Virus record (IMG/VR): IMGVR_UViG_3300027985_001318
Span: 1-64,000 of that record
Length of the DNA: 64,000 nt
Strand: one strand, 5' to 3'
This document shows positions 18,213 to 28,300 of the stretch, one piece after another. The notes under the pieces were generated by a model. It was not told where the DNA came from. It worked only from the letters and a program-made list of their open reading frames with translations, and did not search any database. Position numbers and translations under genes: made by a program. Positions within the stretch are counted from its first letter, which is position 1. Each line of letters starts with the position of its first letter.

Positions 18213-18734
18213 ATGGAACAGAAACCTATTACCGTCATAGTCGCCGGTACTCGCGATTTTATCGATAAAGAGTACCTCTTTAAAGTACTGGATAGATATT
18301 TAGGTAAGCGTAATCCAAAGACTATCACAATCCTGGACGGCAAGGCTCGAGGCCCTGATCGCTTCGGTGGTGAGTACGGGGAAGCTAAGGGGATCCGGGT
18401 ACTGCCGTATCCGGCCGACTGGGATAAACACGGAAAAGCTGCTGGTTTTATACGTAACGAGGAAATGGCTTGTGCTGGTAGCCATTTGATCGCTTTCTGG
18501 GACGGAGTGTCTAACGGCACTAAAGATATGATTGAGAGAGCCACCGCACATGGCTTGATGGTTGTAGTGATTAAGATTAAGCCGGAACAAATCGATAGTT
18601 CCTGGAAAGAACGTTACAAAACCAGAGGGGAACAAAATAATGTCCAGAGAAAAAGCAACCAAGTTTATGCTCGATCTAATCGAAACGCTCGTCCCTGGGA
18701 CGCCAAACAAAGAGCTGACCAAAAAGCGGCTTGA
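18213..18734 (+). CDS. SLOG-family (YspA/DUF2493-like) protein
   Basis: IVAGTRDF, GKARGPD, YPADWDKHGKAAGFIRNEEM, AFWDGVSNGTKDMI. Confidence 0.85.
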   Translation: MEQKPITVIVAGTRDFIDKEYLFKVLDRYLGKRNPKTITILDGKARGPDRFGGEYGEAKGIRVLPYPADWDKHGKAAGFIRNEEMACAGSHLIAFWDGVSNGTKDMIERATAHGLMVVVIKIKPEQIDSSWKERYKTRGEQNNVQRKSNQVYARSNRNARPWDAKQRADQKAA

Positions 18735-19302
18735 GCGACTTTCTGACGAGCAGTTTGCGGAGCTTATGGATCGGTTCGAAAAAGGCACCGACTATATCCA
18801 GATCATCATTCCTCCGTCGATGAGCAATAAGTTCACTATGGAAAATATCGACGCGGCGGCGGCCAAGGTAAACATCCGTTTGTTTCAGCGGTTGTGGCTT
18901 ACGGATCAGACCACAGGGTTACTTAGTCTCACTCCTAAACCAGCTCTGGTACTCACTCTGCCTGATCGGCGGCAATCTCAAACCCGTTTGAAGAAGTCCT
19001 CAAACGCCCATGACAACAACCATATCGACGAACTGACCGGCCAGCCGACTGGCGATTCTAAAGCCAGTAGTATTTCTAACCCCCAGTTTTTGATTCTGCT
19101 TTCGCGTTCTCTCAATAACACCATGGAAGAATTCGCAAAAGTACGTGGTGGCGATAACAAAGCGTTCAACTACTCAAACAAGGTCATTCACCAGCGTGGG
19201 AACGTAACGCTGGCAGAACTACGCGAACTGGGTAGCCGAGCCAAGTCTAGTGAGACTCTCTCTAGTTACTGGACGGCCCAACACTTAGGGAATAACATGT
19301 GA
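18640..19302 (+). CDS. Virion RNA polymerase beta-like subunit, C-terminal part (phiKZ gp149-like)
   Basis: DELTGQPTGDSKASSIS and EEFAKVRGGD resemble the RpoB C-terminal TQQPLGGKA and QEMLTVKSDD motifs. Confidence 0.8.
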   Translation: MSREKATKFMLDLIETLVPGTPNKELTKKRLERLSDEQFAELMDRFEKGTDYIQIIIPPSMSNKFTMENIDAAAAKVNIRLFQRLWLTDQTTGLLSLTPKPALVLTLPDRRQSQTRLKKSSNAHDNNHIDELTGQPTGDSKASSISNPQFLILLSRSLNNTMEEFAKVRGGDNKAFNYSNKVIHQRGNVTLAELRELGSRAKSSETLSSYWTAQHLGNNM

Positions 19303-19793
19303 TGGAAAAAGTAGGTTATTACAACATTTCCGAACTGGTGGAACGCGTACGCACTGTTGGTAATGAGATTATCATTCGCAGACACAACTCCCTCGCAAGC
19401 GTCAGTGTGGAAAAAGCTGAGGAGTTCATTTCTGCTTGGGTGAGGTTGTCCGCCGGCCTTGCCGATTATCAGCTATTCTCAGAACAGTCGATAAACAGGG
19501 TCTACCGTTCGTTTATGACCGGGGATGGTAAAAAGGACTTCCTACAGATCATCCTAGGCACTTATGCTGAGTTGCGGGCCAGGGTTTTTAACAACCAGGA
19601 TGATTGGGTGAATTTCGTCGGTCATCTAGCCGTAGCCTATAGTTCAGCTAACGATACTTTGTCGGTAATTGAGAAGCAGATCATCAGCGCTTTACATACC
19701 GAACAGGCGATATCCAAAAGTATTTTCGCCAACCCATGGATTATCGTTATCTGGGTTATGTCTCTGGAAGAAGTGCGGATTCGTAAGCGTTAA
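19299..19793 (+). CDS. Hypothetical protein
   Basis: 164-aa ORF overlapping the previous stop. Confidence 0.65.
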   Translation: MMEKVGYYNISELVERVRTVGNEIIIRRHNSLASVSVEKAEEFISAWVRLSAGLADYQLFSEQSINRVYRSFMTGDGKKDFLQIILGTYAELRARVFNNQDDWVNFVGHLAVAYSSANDTLSVIEKQIISALHTEQAISKSIFANPWIIVIWVMSLEEVRIRKR

Positions 19794-19805
19794 CTAGGAG
19801 CCATT

Positions 19806-20522
19806 ATGGCTAGCAAACATTTCTATATCGACCTGGACTTCATATTCGATACTAGGATTTCGGTACTCCATAAGCTGGACCCTAACTATCTAAAAAAGGA
19901 GTTCGACCAGAAAAAATATCGTAATCGTACCAACGATCGCTTTGCCACGGAGACGACACCGTTTACTCACCAGGAATGGCTTGATGCTTGGAATAAACGC
20001 GATCTGGAAATCCTACAGAATTCCATCGTCACTAATGGCGTTAAGACCTTACACGAAACCATCGCTTCCATTGATTGGGGTATCGATCCTTCAGATATCT
20101 CGAAGAAAGTAACCGTGACGGTCAACTGCTGGCCTTATAAGGAACTTTCTGATGGAGCCAAGCAAGAAATCTGTAACTGTATCCGTAGACTCTGTCCGAT
20201 GGACATTACGGTAGGTAGTTGCTATGTTCCTCCAGAGCATTTGTTTCTTAAAGAAGCATCTGATCAGTACGATCTGATGTTCCATTACAATCCTTTTGCC
20301 TGGTTGAGGTTTCACGAAAAGGACTTGGAACAACACGATATGGTTTCTCTTTGGATTGTCGCACCTGCGTTGCTCTGGGGAGACGAGTCAACGGAGATCA
20401 ATAATCCCTTACTGAAAAACTACGACCCGTTTACACTCACTGAGATGTTCTGTTCCTCTAAGTTCACTCTCCGCTATATCCCCGTTAGCGATGTTTGTTT
20501 GCTCAAACCAAAAGGGGAATAA
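19806..20522 (+). CDS. Conserved phiKZ-like hypothetical protein
   Basis: 238 aa; AGGAG SD; YIDLDFIFDTR N-terminus, VNCWPY. Confidence 0.7.
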   Translation: MASKHFYIDLDFIFDTRISVLHKLDPNYLKKEFDQKKYRNRTNDRFATETTPFTHQEWLDAWNKRDLEILQNSIVTNGVKTLHETIASIDWGIDPSDISKKVTVTVNCWPYKELSDGAKQEICNCIRRLCPMDITVGSCYVPPEHLFLKEASDQYDLMFHYNPFAWLRFHEKDLEQHDMVSLWIVAPALLWGDESTEINNPLLKNYDPFTLTEMFCSSKFTLRYIPVSDVCLLKPKGE

Positions 20523-20547
20523 GAGGAGGGCTTTCGCCCTCCTCTTT
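20521..20547. terminator. Bidirectional intrinsic terminator
   Basis: AAGAGGAGGGC-TTTC-GCCCTCCTCTT between convergent genes. Confidence 0.75.
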
Positions 20548-20965
20548 AATTCTCGACACGGCCAAGGAACTCAGTCATGTTATCGTTAGCGATGCCAACT
20601 GTAGTCTCTCCGTCAACCATTTCTATATCGGCGAGATCCCCGTCTGAGATTACTTGTCGTTCCGGCAACCCTTGACCGTTTCCGCGAATTTCGCTAGGGT
20701 TCTGCTGTACCCCGCGATTGATCATCGCGATTCGCTCAGCGATAGCTCGATCGTCTGCAGAGTTCTTGTCGTCTTGTTTCAGTCGAGCATGCTGGAGGGT
20801 TTGTTTGTCCATATCGCCCAGAGCAGCCAGCAATGTGATGCGACTGTCTTTATCTTGAGGTACTTGACCTCCCTGACACATATTGTCTACCAGACTTTTA
20901 CGAATGCTCTGGGTGTACTGCAGGGCTTCGTCTTGGTCTTTAAATACTTTGTCTTCTACCGACAT
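20546..20965 (-). CDS. Hypothetical protein
   Basis: 139 aa; GGAG SD. Confidence 0.7.
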   Translation of the reverse strand: MSVEDKVFKDQDEALQYTQSIRKSLVDNMCQGGQVPQDKDSRITLLAALGDMDKQTLQHARLKQDDKNSADDRAIAERIAMINRGVQQNPSEIRGNGQGLPERQVISDGDLADIEMVDGETTVGIANDNMTEFLGRVEN

Positions 20966-20984
20966 ATCAGTCTCCGATTCAATA

Positions 20985-21011
20985 AAAAATTACCCCTATA
21001 TCATTTTAGTG
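20985..21011 (+). promoter_or_regulatory. Putative early (vRNAP) promoter
   Basis: AAAATTACCCCTATATCATTTTAGTG fits the A-N3-CTATAT-N9-G motif; upstream of 21035. Confidence 0.45.
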
Positions 21012-21034
21012 CAATACACCCATAAGGAACCCCT

Positions 21035-21613
21035 ATGCGATTAATAACTAGTTGGATTAAAGCAAGGGCTAAAGAACGAGCTCAACAGAAGTCAAAGAAA
21101 CTACTGCTAACTTTCGCTGAGAGAGATGACGTCGAGTTAAAAGATCTGAGAGTAACTATAACCGAACTGATCAGCGGTTATAGTGCGCTTTTTGATCTGG
21201 ATGAAGATGCCATAGACTCTCTGGTTAGTTATGGCGGTATGACTGAATTGCGTACGTTTTTTAATGCCCCTGATTTACTTTCTGAAAGTAGTAAAATGAT
21301 TAACTGCATTGTTCTCGATACGAGTCCCGGATTTCCTATAGATACTCGGAAGGCGGTCTCGCCTTCTGACACTTTACTGGATTTCTTCACCGATAAATCA
21401 AAACTGATAGATGTCCGGTGGTATCTGGTTGAGGTACTGAGGTTTCTGAGACAGTTCAATGACCGTTTGAACGAGGTTGCTCTATGTCGTAAAGATTTTC
21501 TGGCATATTGGCTAAGGGTCTGTTACCCAATTATCGGCGACTATTACTCACTGATGTTATCCATGGCTAAGAACTACCGTAACGTCTGTAACTCTAAAGG
21601 CGGTGGATCATGA
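21035..21613 (+). CDS. Hypothetical protein
   Basis: 192 aa; AAGGA SD. Confidence 0.7.
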   Translation: MRLITSWIKARAKERAQQKSKKLLLTFAERDDVELKDLRVTITELISGYSALFDLDEDAIDSLVSYGGMTELRTFFNAPDLLSESSKMINCIVLDTSPGFPIDTRKAVSPSDTLLDFFTDKSKLIDVRWYLVEVLRFLRQFNDRLNEVALCRKDFLAYWLRVCYPIIGDYYSLMLSMAKNYRNVCNSKGGGS

Positions 21614-22137
21614 GCGACCGTAAGAGAATCCTTAGCGAACCAGATAAAGGTCTCAGCCAATCGAAAGATGTTTTAACGCGGTTCTTTCGTGGGATCCTTG
21701 ACGATGGTAATGTCGGTCCTGGGTTGTGGTCGAATCTGATGGGTAAGTACTTGAGGGATCCGATGAATGGGATCCGTCAGGATACTAAAACCATCTCCTC
21801 CGAGTCCGGTAATCTCTGTAAGGCTCTGCTTAATGCAGACACCATGACTTGGAGAACTTTCACCAAGGGAATTCGACTGCTTTCTTATCTCACAGTTTAC
21901 GTGAGATTGGAGCTGCACTATAAGCTGTTTGGTAAACCGGCTGTAGTTAGCAAAATAACTTTGGTGAACAAGCAAAAAGAAATCGACTTCACCAAAGAAG
22001 TTAGCGACAATGCCGAACCTGACGTGCAGGATTTCGAGGACGAAATTAGCAGACTTAAAGCTCGGGTGCTTGAGCTGGAAACAGAACTGGCTGAACGAGA
22101 TAAGAAGGCTACCAATACCCCGAAGCTTTGGGGTTAG
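21610..22137 (+). CDS. Conserved phiKZ-like hypothetical protein
   Basis: 175 aa; ATGA overlap; GNLCKAL...MTWRTFTKG; C-terminal coiled coil. Confidence 0.7.
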   Translation: MSDRKRILSEPDKGLSQSKDVLTRFFRGILDDGNVGPGLWSNLMGKYLRDPMNGIRQDTKTISSESGNLCKALLNADTMTWRTFTKGIRLLSYLTVYVRLELHYKLFGKPAVVSKITLVNKQKEIDFTKEVSDNAEPDVQDFEDEISRLKARVLELETELAERDKKATNTPKLWG

Positions 22138-22145
22138 AAAAATAT

Positions 22146-22175
22146 AAAAAAGAAGGCTTGCGCCTTCTTTTTTTT
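22146..22175 (+). terminator. Intrinsic terminator
   Basis: AAAAAGAAGGC-TTGC-GCCTTCTTTTT plus T-run. Confidence 0.85.
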
Positions 22176-22223
22176 GCCCTTCGTTTAGATTTTATAGCAG
22201 ATTAGAAACCCTTCGGAGGTTTT

Positions 22224-23249
22224 ATGAGTAGTAAAAGCACACCGTTCACTGCCCCGTTCTGGAGCGGTGGTACTAAGAACGAAGACTTGGTAGTAGCTGA
22301 CGTCTATAATGGACAACAAACCGAAACCAAGACAGTTTCTGCATTTAAGAGCGTAGCCTCGGACATTAAAAGTAGCGTAATTAGTTCCGTTAAGGGTTCT
22401 AAGCTTACTGATCTAACTAAGATAGTTAAAACTGGTACTAGCCTAAGTGTTGATAAAGATCAGTTGATGTCTCGTTTGGAGAGTCTGACTGGAGTAAAGT
22501 TCAGTACCACGGAAGGCGTTATTGGCGAGTTGTCAGATGGCGCTCTCTCGAAGATCTCTAACAGTGTCGGAATTGATTCTAAACGTATCATAACCGATGG
22601 TGGTGAGTTTATCAATCTCGCCAAAGGCGCATCTTTCAAAGACGCTAAAGATTACACTAACTTCGTTAGCGAGGTTTTTGACACTCAGATCGGTAGAAGC
22701 ATAGTAGACAACTACGCTCAAGTAGCTATGTTCGGGTCTTTGGTTGCCCTCTCAGTTAAATTAGGTTTACCTGACGCTATCGATAATTTTGTCGATAAGA
22801 TGACCGACGTCAAGGAAGCAAAGAAAGCCTTGATTGAATCCTTAGAGACCGCTGCCAGAAACGGAGACATCGCCACCCTTAAGAAAATCAAAGACCATAT
22901 TGGTCCTGCAGCGATGCGCTCCAAGCTTCCCAATATAGTTCAGTTGGTTTTACAGGGTTATGATTTCCCTACGGTCTACGATGAAGTTACTAACCCAAAC
23001 TACGCTTCCATCTACAACACATTCGTGGAGTTCTTTAATGAAGTAGATCCAGATTGGGTTGCCGATCAGAGAGCTGGACGTTCTTGTAGTAAACTGACCG
23101 TATTTGGTACTGCCAGTAAAGACAGTATTACTGTATTCAGTAACTACGGGGATTATGTAACAGAAGCGTTAATTGCCGGTGACTATTTGGCTAAATCCGT
23201 TCAGGACCTTAGCCGTAAGCAGTTTTCCTATACCTACATAAGCAGTTAA
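22224..23249 (+). CDS. Probable virion structural protein
   Basis: 341 aa; GGAGG SD; convergent on the tail genes. Confidence 0.6.
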   Translation: MSSKSTPFTAPFWSGGTKNEDLVVADVYNGQQTETKTVSAFKSVASDIKSSVISSVKGSKLTDLTKIVKTGTSLSVDKDQLMSRLESLTGVKFSTTEGVIGELSDGALSKISNSVGIDSKRIITDGGEFINLAKGASFKDAKDYTNFVSEVFDTQIGRSIVDNYAQVAMFGSLVALSVKLGLPDAIDNFVDKMTDVKEAKKALIESLETAARNGDIATLKKIKDHIGPAAMRSKLPNIVQLVLQGYDFPTVYDEVTNPNYASIYNTFVEFFNEVDPDWVADQRAGRSCSKLTVFGTASKDSITVFSNYGDYVTEALIAGDYLAKSVQDLSRKQFSYTYISS

Positions 23250-23286
23250 AAGAGAGAGGGCTTGCGCCCTCTCTCTTTTTTTTTTT
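23248..23286. terminator. Bidirectional intrinsic terminator
   Basis: AAAAGAGAGAGGGC-TTGC-GCCCTCTCTCTTTT plus long T-run. Confidence 0.85.
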
Positions 23287-23288
23287 GG

Positions 23289-25241
23289 TCAGATACGTTC
23301 AGTTCCTTTGAGAAACGCTGACCAGATCTTACCGGGCACTGTGCCAGCAAAGTAGTTAGTCGTATGACTCACACTAAACCAGCTGTTGAAGTCAGCCACG
23401 CCTCTGGTCAGATTTCGTACCAGTTTAGGGATCTGGTAAATCTGACTGGAAAGCGACATACTTGACATCACTGCAATATAGTCGTGATATGGCGTATCTT
23501 CAGCGAACAGTTTGGCAGAGAAACTCTTAGCACCGTCCAGGATATCTAACGGAGAGAAACCTGGGGCGATCGGTACGTAAATCAAATTGCTAAGATCGAC
23601 AACTGAGAAGTTGATATCTACCCCTAGATGTTTACGATCTTTGTTCCAACCCAAAGTACCGACACCTCGAGTTATCGACAAACTATCGATAATACCTAAA
23701 CGAATCTGGGCCGCACCTCGCGAATATACTTCGCAAAGAAACGGGGACCGATAAGAAGCATTGCCGGTAGCTAGCGGTAACGCTCCAGCTAATAGCATTG
23801 CCGGTACGATAAACAGTCTTTGGAAACGAGTAATGTCGTTCCCGGACCAGGTACGTAACTGGATAGTGTAGTCGGCTCTAGGTAGGTTGGCTGAACTAGC
23901 ATCCCAGTGTTTGGGAAAATCGGCGAAAGCATTACCGGCCAGAGCCGCTATACCGTCGATCCCAACACCTTTAGCGAAACCTACTGCAAAGTCTTTTACC
24001 GTACCCATTACTTTCTCTAAGGTACCTAGTATTATACCGTCACCGACGTTACCATCAGCAAAGCTATAACGACTATTTCTAGCGCTAGAGGACGCCCCAT
24101 TAAACGTTCCTGAAATATCCGGGTCCTTAACCGAGTTGTTAAAACTCTCGGAAGCAGTTCCTTGGTGGTCAACGCGAAGGGAAATAAACTGAGCCCCATC
24201 GCGAAGTTCCGACATTAAGAAATCAGTACCGTTCGATAACCAAGAACCAAATCGTTCGAAAATTCCCATAGCCTCCTTGGCGCCGGAAGTTGTTGTTTCG
24301 TCAGTGCCTTCCGTAGTTGATTCTTCTTGAACGACTTTAGCAGCATCTGTGTTCTGCCAGTAGTCTTTCAGATACTCTTGTAAACGCCGACCGCGTTCAA
24401 GCTTCAGGTCAGTTTTGGACAATGCTTCGAAACGAGCTTTCAAGTCCTTGGAGTTCTCAGCATCTTCCATTGCTTTAAGGATTAGTTCGTTCCACTTGGC
24501 TGACAAACGCTGAGCTCTGGTGGCTACGGCATAGATATCGATCCCACCGTCACCACGCATGATATCTGGTAAGAGTCGGTTGAGTTGACCAATCTCTTCT
24601 CTGGTAAGGCTTTGGTTGTTGAACACGGCCTGCTTGGATTGGTCGTAGTCGCTTTGCACCAGCGGGGCTATCAGACCCATGTTGGTAGCGATCTCGTTCA
24701 AGATACCATTTACAGTATTCCAATACAGAGGCATTGCCGGCTTCAGGTAATAGAAACGAGATATTGGTTTGTTCAACATAAACCGCACTGCGTGTCCTAC
24801 CAAAATTGCTATATGCAAAGGCCAGCCGAACGACAACCCGAGAATCTTACCGAAGTTAAAAAACAGTCCGGAAGTTCGACCAGTACCGGCCAATCTGCCA
24901 AGGTCGGCGTCGTAGAAGTTAGTAAAGAAATTGGTAAGGGAGTTAAACTCCGGCACACCAAAACGCATGTTTACTACTTGGTTGTTCATGTCATAAGCTT
25001 CGTAATAATAACGACCGGTACCTTTACAACCGGCTAGTTTTCTACGTTGCTTAGGATCTGCGTGTCTGGTGAATTGCGGCAATGGATTGATTACCATGTT
25101 ACCGCCCAGGGTTGTGTCAGTGAAACTATTGGAAACTTCCGAGTAAGTTCTACGAATAGCGTCGAGAGTATCCAACTCTCCGGCAGGTAACAGAAACGAC
25201 TGTCGTACCCATTCGGCGTCATCTGTAAGTATATAAGCCAT
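23289..25241 (-). CDS. Baseplate/tail structural protein (phiKZ gp182-like)
   Basis: 650 aa; FTDTTLGGNMVINPLPQFTRHAD, SPFLCEVYSRG, GIIDSLSITRG; directly downstream of the large tail protein. Confidence 0.75.
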   Translation of the reverse strand: MAYILTDDAEWVRQSFLLPAGELDTLDAIRRTYSEVSNSFTDTTLGGNMVINPLPQFTRHADPKQRRKLAGCKGTGRYYYEAYDMNNQVVNMRFGVPEFNSLTNFFTNFYDADLGRLAGTGRTSGLFFNFGKILGLSFGWPLHIAILVGHAVRFMLNKPISRFYYLKPAMPLYWNTVNGILNEIATNMGLIAPLVQSDYDQSKQAVFNNQSLTREEIGQLNRLLPDIMRGDGGIDIYAVATRAQRLSAKWNELILKAMEDAENSKDLKARFEALSKTDLKLERGRRLQEYLKDYWQNTDAAKVVQEESTTEGTDETTTSGAKEAMGIFERFGSWLSNGTDFLMSELRDGAQFISLRVDHQGTASESFNNSVKDPDISGTFNGASSSARNSRYSFADGNVGDGIILGTLEKVMGTVKDFAVGFAKGVGIDGIAALAGNAFADFPKHWDASSANLPRADYTIQLRTWSGNDITRFQRLFIVPAMLLAGALPLATGNASYRSPFLCEVYSRGAAQIRLGIIDSLSITRGVGTLGWNKDRKHLGVDINFSVVDLSNLIYVPIAPGFSPLDILDGAKSFSAKLFAEDTPYHDYIAVMSSMSLSSQIYQIPKLVRNLTRGVADFNSWFSVSHTTNYFAGTVPGKIWSAFLKGTERI

Positions 25242-25277
25242 CTTTTTGCTCCGACTACTTAAACTATAGGATGAGAT

Positions 25278-25306
25278 AAAAAGAGAGGGCTTTCGCCCTC
25301 TCTTTT
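25278..25306 (-). terminator. Intrinsic terminator
   Basis: On the minus strand, AAAAGAGAGGGC-GAAA-GCCCTCTCTTTTT. Confidence 0.8.
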
Positions 25307-25309
25307 GAG

Positions 25310-28300
25310 TTAATGTCTGAAGCCCATTTCTACTGGCAGTTCCTTACGGTCCTTCTCTCTAGTCGACTTACCGCCGGACTGCTTATCGGATGGTTTATTT
25401 TCCGCTGGCTTACCAGAGCGCTCCTCTCGGATACCCCGGATTTCTTTCAAGAGTTCAGTCAAAGTGACATCCATTGACTTACTTACTTCCAGATGTTCGG
25501 CAGTTATGTCTTTGAGTTCAGTCAATCCGCGACCTGTTTCTTTCGAAACAGAAGATCTTTGGATTTCACTAACCGCCTGCTGATTAACAACAGCAGTTTG
25601 ACCTCTATCGATTACACGATCCTGTCCTTTACTAACAGAGTTGTTAAAGGCAGTTCTTGAAACGGTATTGGTCTCGGTAGTGGCCGTAGTGCTCTGGCTT
25701 TGAGTATCTCCTCTAGGAGCTCTGAAAACCAGATCTGTCTCTTGCGCTGGCGGTGTACTAGTAACTGGTACATCGGCCATCGGGTTAGCACTGCCCCAAC
25801 TAGACGATGGACTGTCTGCTGAAGCTGTGCTGGAAGCCGCAGCGATAGCCGATGGGGCTTGACTATCGTTGTTTTTCACTGTATTGCTTTCAGTGGGTTC
25901 CGGTACTTTGGAAACATCGGCTTCTTTGCCAGTAGCAGCCATCTCCTTAGCAGCCATTCCGTATTTCTGACCGTGTCCGCTAACAAGACCATCGATATGC
26001 TGATAGACCTGAGCTACGGTACGAGGAACTTTGGATGGGGTGTAGAAGATGTTTTCGTTGTTTCTCGCTGCTTTAGGGAACAGCTCGACCGCGTTAGCAG
26101 TAGGTGAGGCCTTTAAGAGCTGGACCGCACCCTCACCGCCGAGGAAGTGTGCCAAATAGATATCGTCGTCGGTAGGCTCTCTACCAATACGGCTTCTCAA
26201 GTAGTTGAGGTTCTGCTTGAGATATTCGGCACCCATTAACGCGTTAGCGCGTGGATCTGTAGCAGGGGTATTAGGATCGATACCGTACTTAGCTCCGTAT
26301 TTCTGCAGCATCTCTGTCCAAGTACCGCTAATGAACTGGTAAAGTCCAACAGCAGAACCCTTCTTGGGACGGGCAGTCACCCTGAAGTTAGATTCGATGC
26401 TTGCCATCGTAGCCATCAGTCCAGGATCAACTCCAGCCATCTGAGCAGCGGCCATGATCAGGTCGCGAACCTTAGCCCAACCGTCTCCGCTAGGGATAGG
26501 TAGGGAGTTGATGTCGCCACCGGTACCGTTACCTGGATGGGTGACTGATCTACCACCACCCATGGTCTGATCACCACTAGTGTCTGGAGTAGCTCCGCCA
26601 CCAAACAGATTACCCCAGAAACCGCCCTTAGTAGAAACAGGCAGTGAGGAGTTTCCGTTGGCTGCTGGATTATAACCGGTATTACCGTAACCAGTACTAA
26701 TTGGACGTGAGAGATTGTACTGTCCGTAGTTGAGGCTGGTAGCTGACGGTTTTGCTACACCGGTTTTGCTATCGATGTTGAGTTCTTTGATTTTGTCTTC
26801 GTCAAGTTTCCCACGTAAAGCAGACATCAAAGGACTTACTGAGGACTGGTCAGTGTTTGGTTCTTGATCTGGGAACGGTGAAGCAGCCACCGACCAAACG
26901 GAAACTTCGTCTCCATTGATCTTAGCCACACTACCTACGATAACTTTGGCAACATCAACCAGGGCGGTTGGCTTCAGTTTCTCGTAAGCATTACCTGGAG
27001 TGGCATACTTATCTGCTTTTCTAATAGCCGAGCAGAAGTTCAACCACACCGGAGTAAACCGGTTAACAAACCAATACAACCAAACCGTACGGTGTTGCTC
27101 GTTGTTAGGATCGCAGTTGAAGTTAGTCGCGAACTTAGTGAACAGAGCAACCGGCTCTACATCCATACTTGCGTTATCAAACCAGCTATACTCCACCTTA
27201 TCAGTAAGGTATTGTTCGAGAGCTAAGGTGGCATTAACGTCCAGTACTTTAAGATCTGATAGACCATAAGCTCTGAGACGAATCCCTGCCAGGTCATCGA
27301 TCTTACGGTTTTGACCGCTCTGCCAGATGAATTCGCCGGAGGCGAATTTCAAACCCTTCGCTTTAGCTCGTTTAATTTCGGTTTCTGAATAGTAGGAAAG
27401 ATCTACGTCAGCCTTTTCGTCTTTCTTTACCCCCAGAGGTTTGGTGGCGTCTTGAGCAGCTGAAGCACCAGGGCGATAAATGCCCTTGGAATCAATCATG
27501 CTGTACTTGGCAGCCACCTTAGTGGATTTGTTAGGGAACTGCTTCACTATCTCGGCGATCTTGTTAGAGATCATCTGCTCCGTGATAGTAATTGGCGTGG
27601 TGGGGAACGGTGATGTAAAGATATCGTAAGCACCACCGCAGTCGCGAACCTTGGTTGCGAACTCACCCTTGAATTTGTCATCGATGCGATCAACGCGTTC
27701 AAGTTTGAGAGAAGGATCAAATGACTTCAGTGTTGCCACTGATTTCAGATAAACTGGTTTGAAACGCTGCGCAAACCAACCAGTCCAAGAACGTACTTGA
27801 TCCTGGTTTTTCGGGTCAACCCCGAACGGTTCTAACAGATCAGCGTATTCCAAATCGTCATCTAATGTCACCTCTCCTTTAGGGGAGATCTTGGTGTGAT
27901 CTTCCAGAGCCGACTCCAGGTTACGAATGACACTGACCTGATCCGACGAAGGATCGAAACCATATTGCATCATTCGAAGCTCGGTTAGCGGACCACCTCG
28001 CGATTGCCACCACTGATAACCCTTATAAGCACCGTAACCCACTGCAGCAACAGCAGCAGTGCCTAAGATCACCATACCTGCGGTGGTACCGGCAGCAGCC
28101 AAAGCGCCACCAGCCAAACTGACGAGAGCTCCTCGAATCACGTTAGTGAGTAAGAAACGACCGCCGGTAGCTACGACGCTCTCACCAATACCAGCCTCGC
28201 CTAACCCAAGTGCGGTTCTACCCCAACTAAAGGCAGTGCGTGCAGTCTGTGAGTTCTTCAACCAAGTAGCGGCTTGTCCAAAACCAGCCTTGGACTTTGA

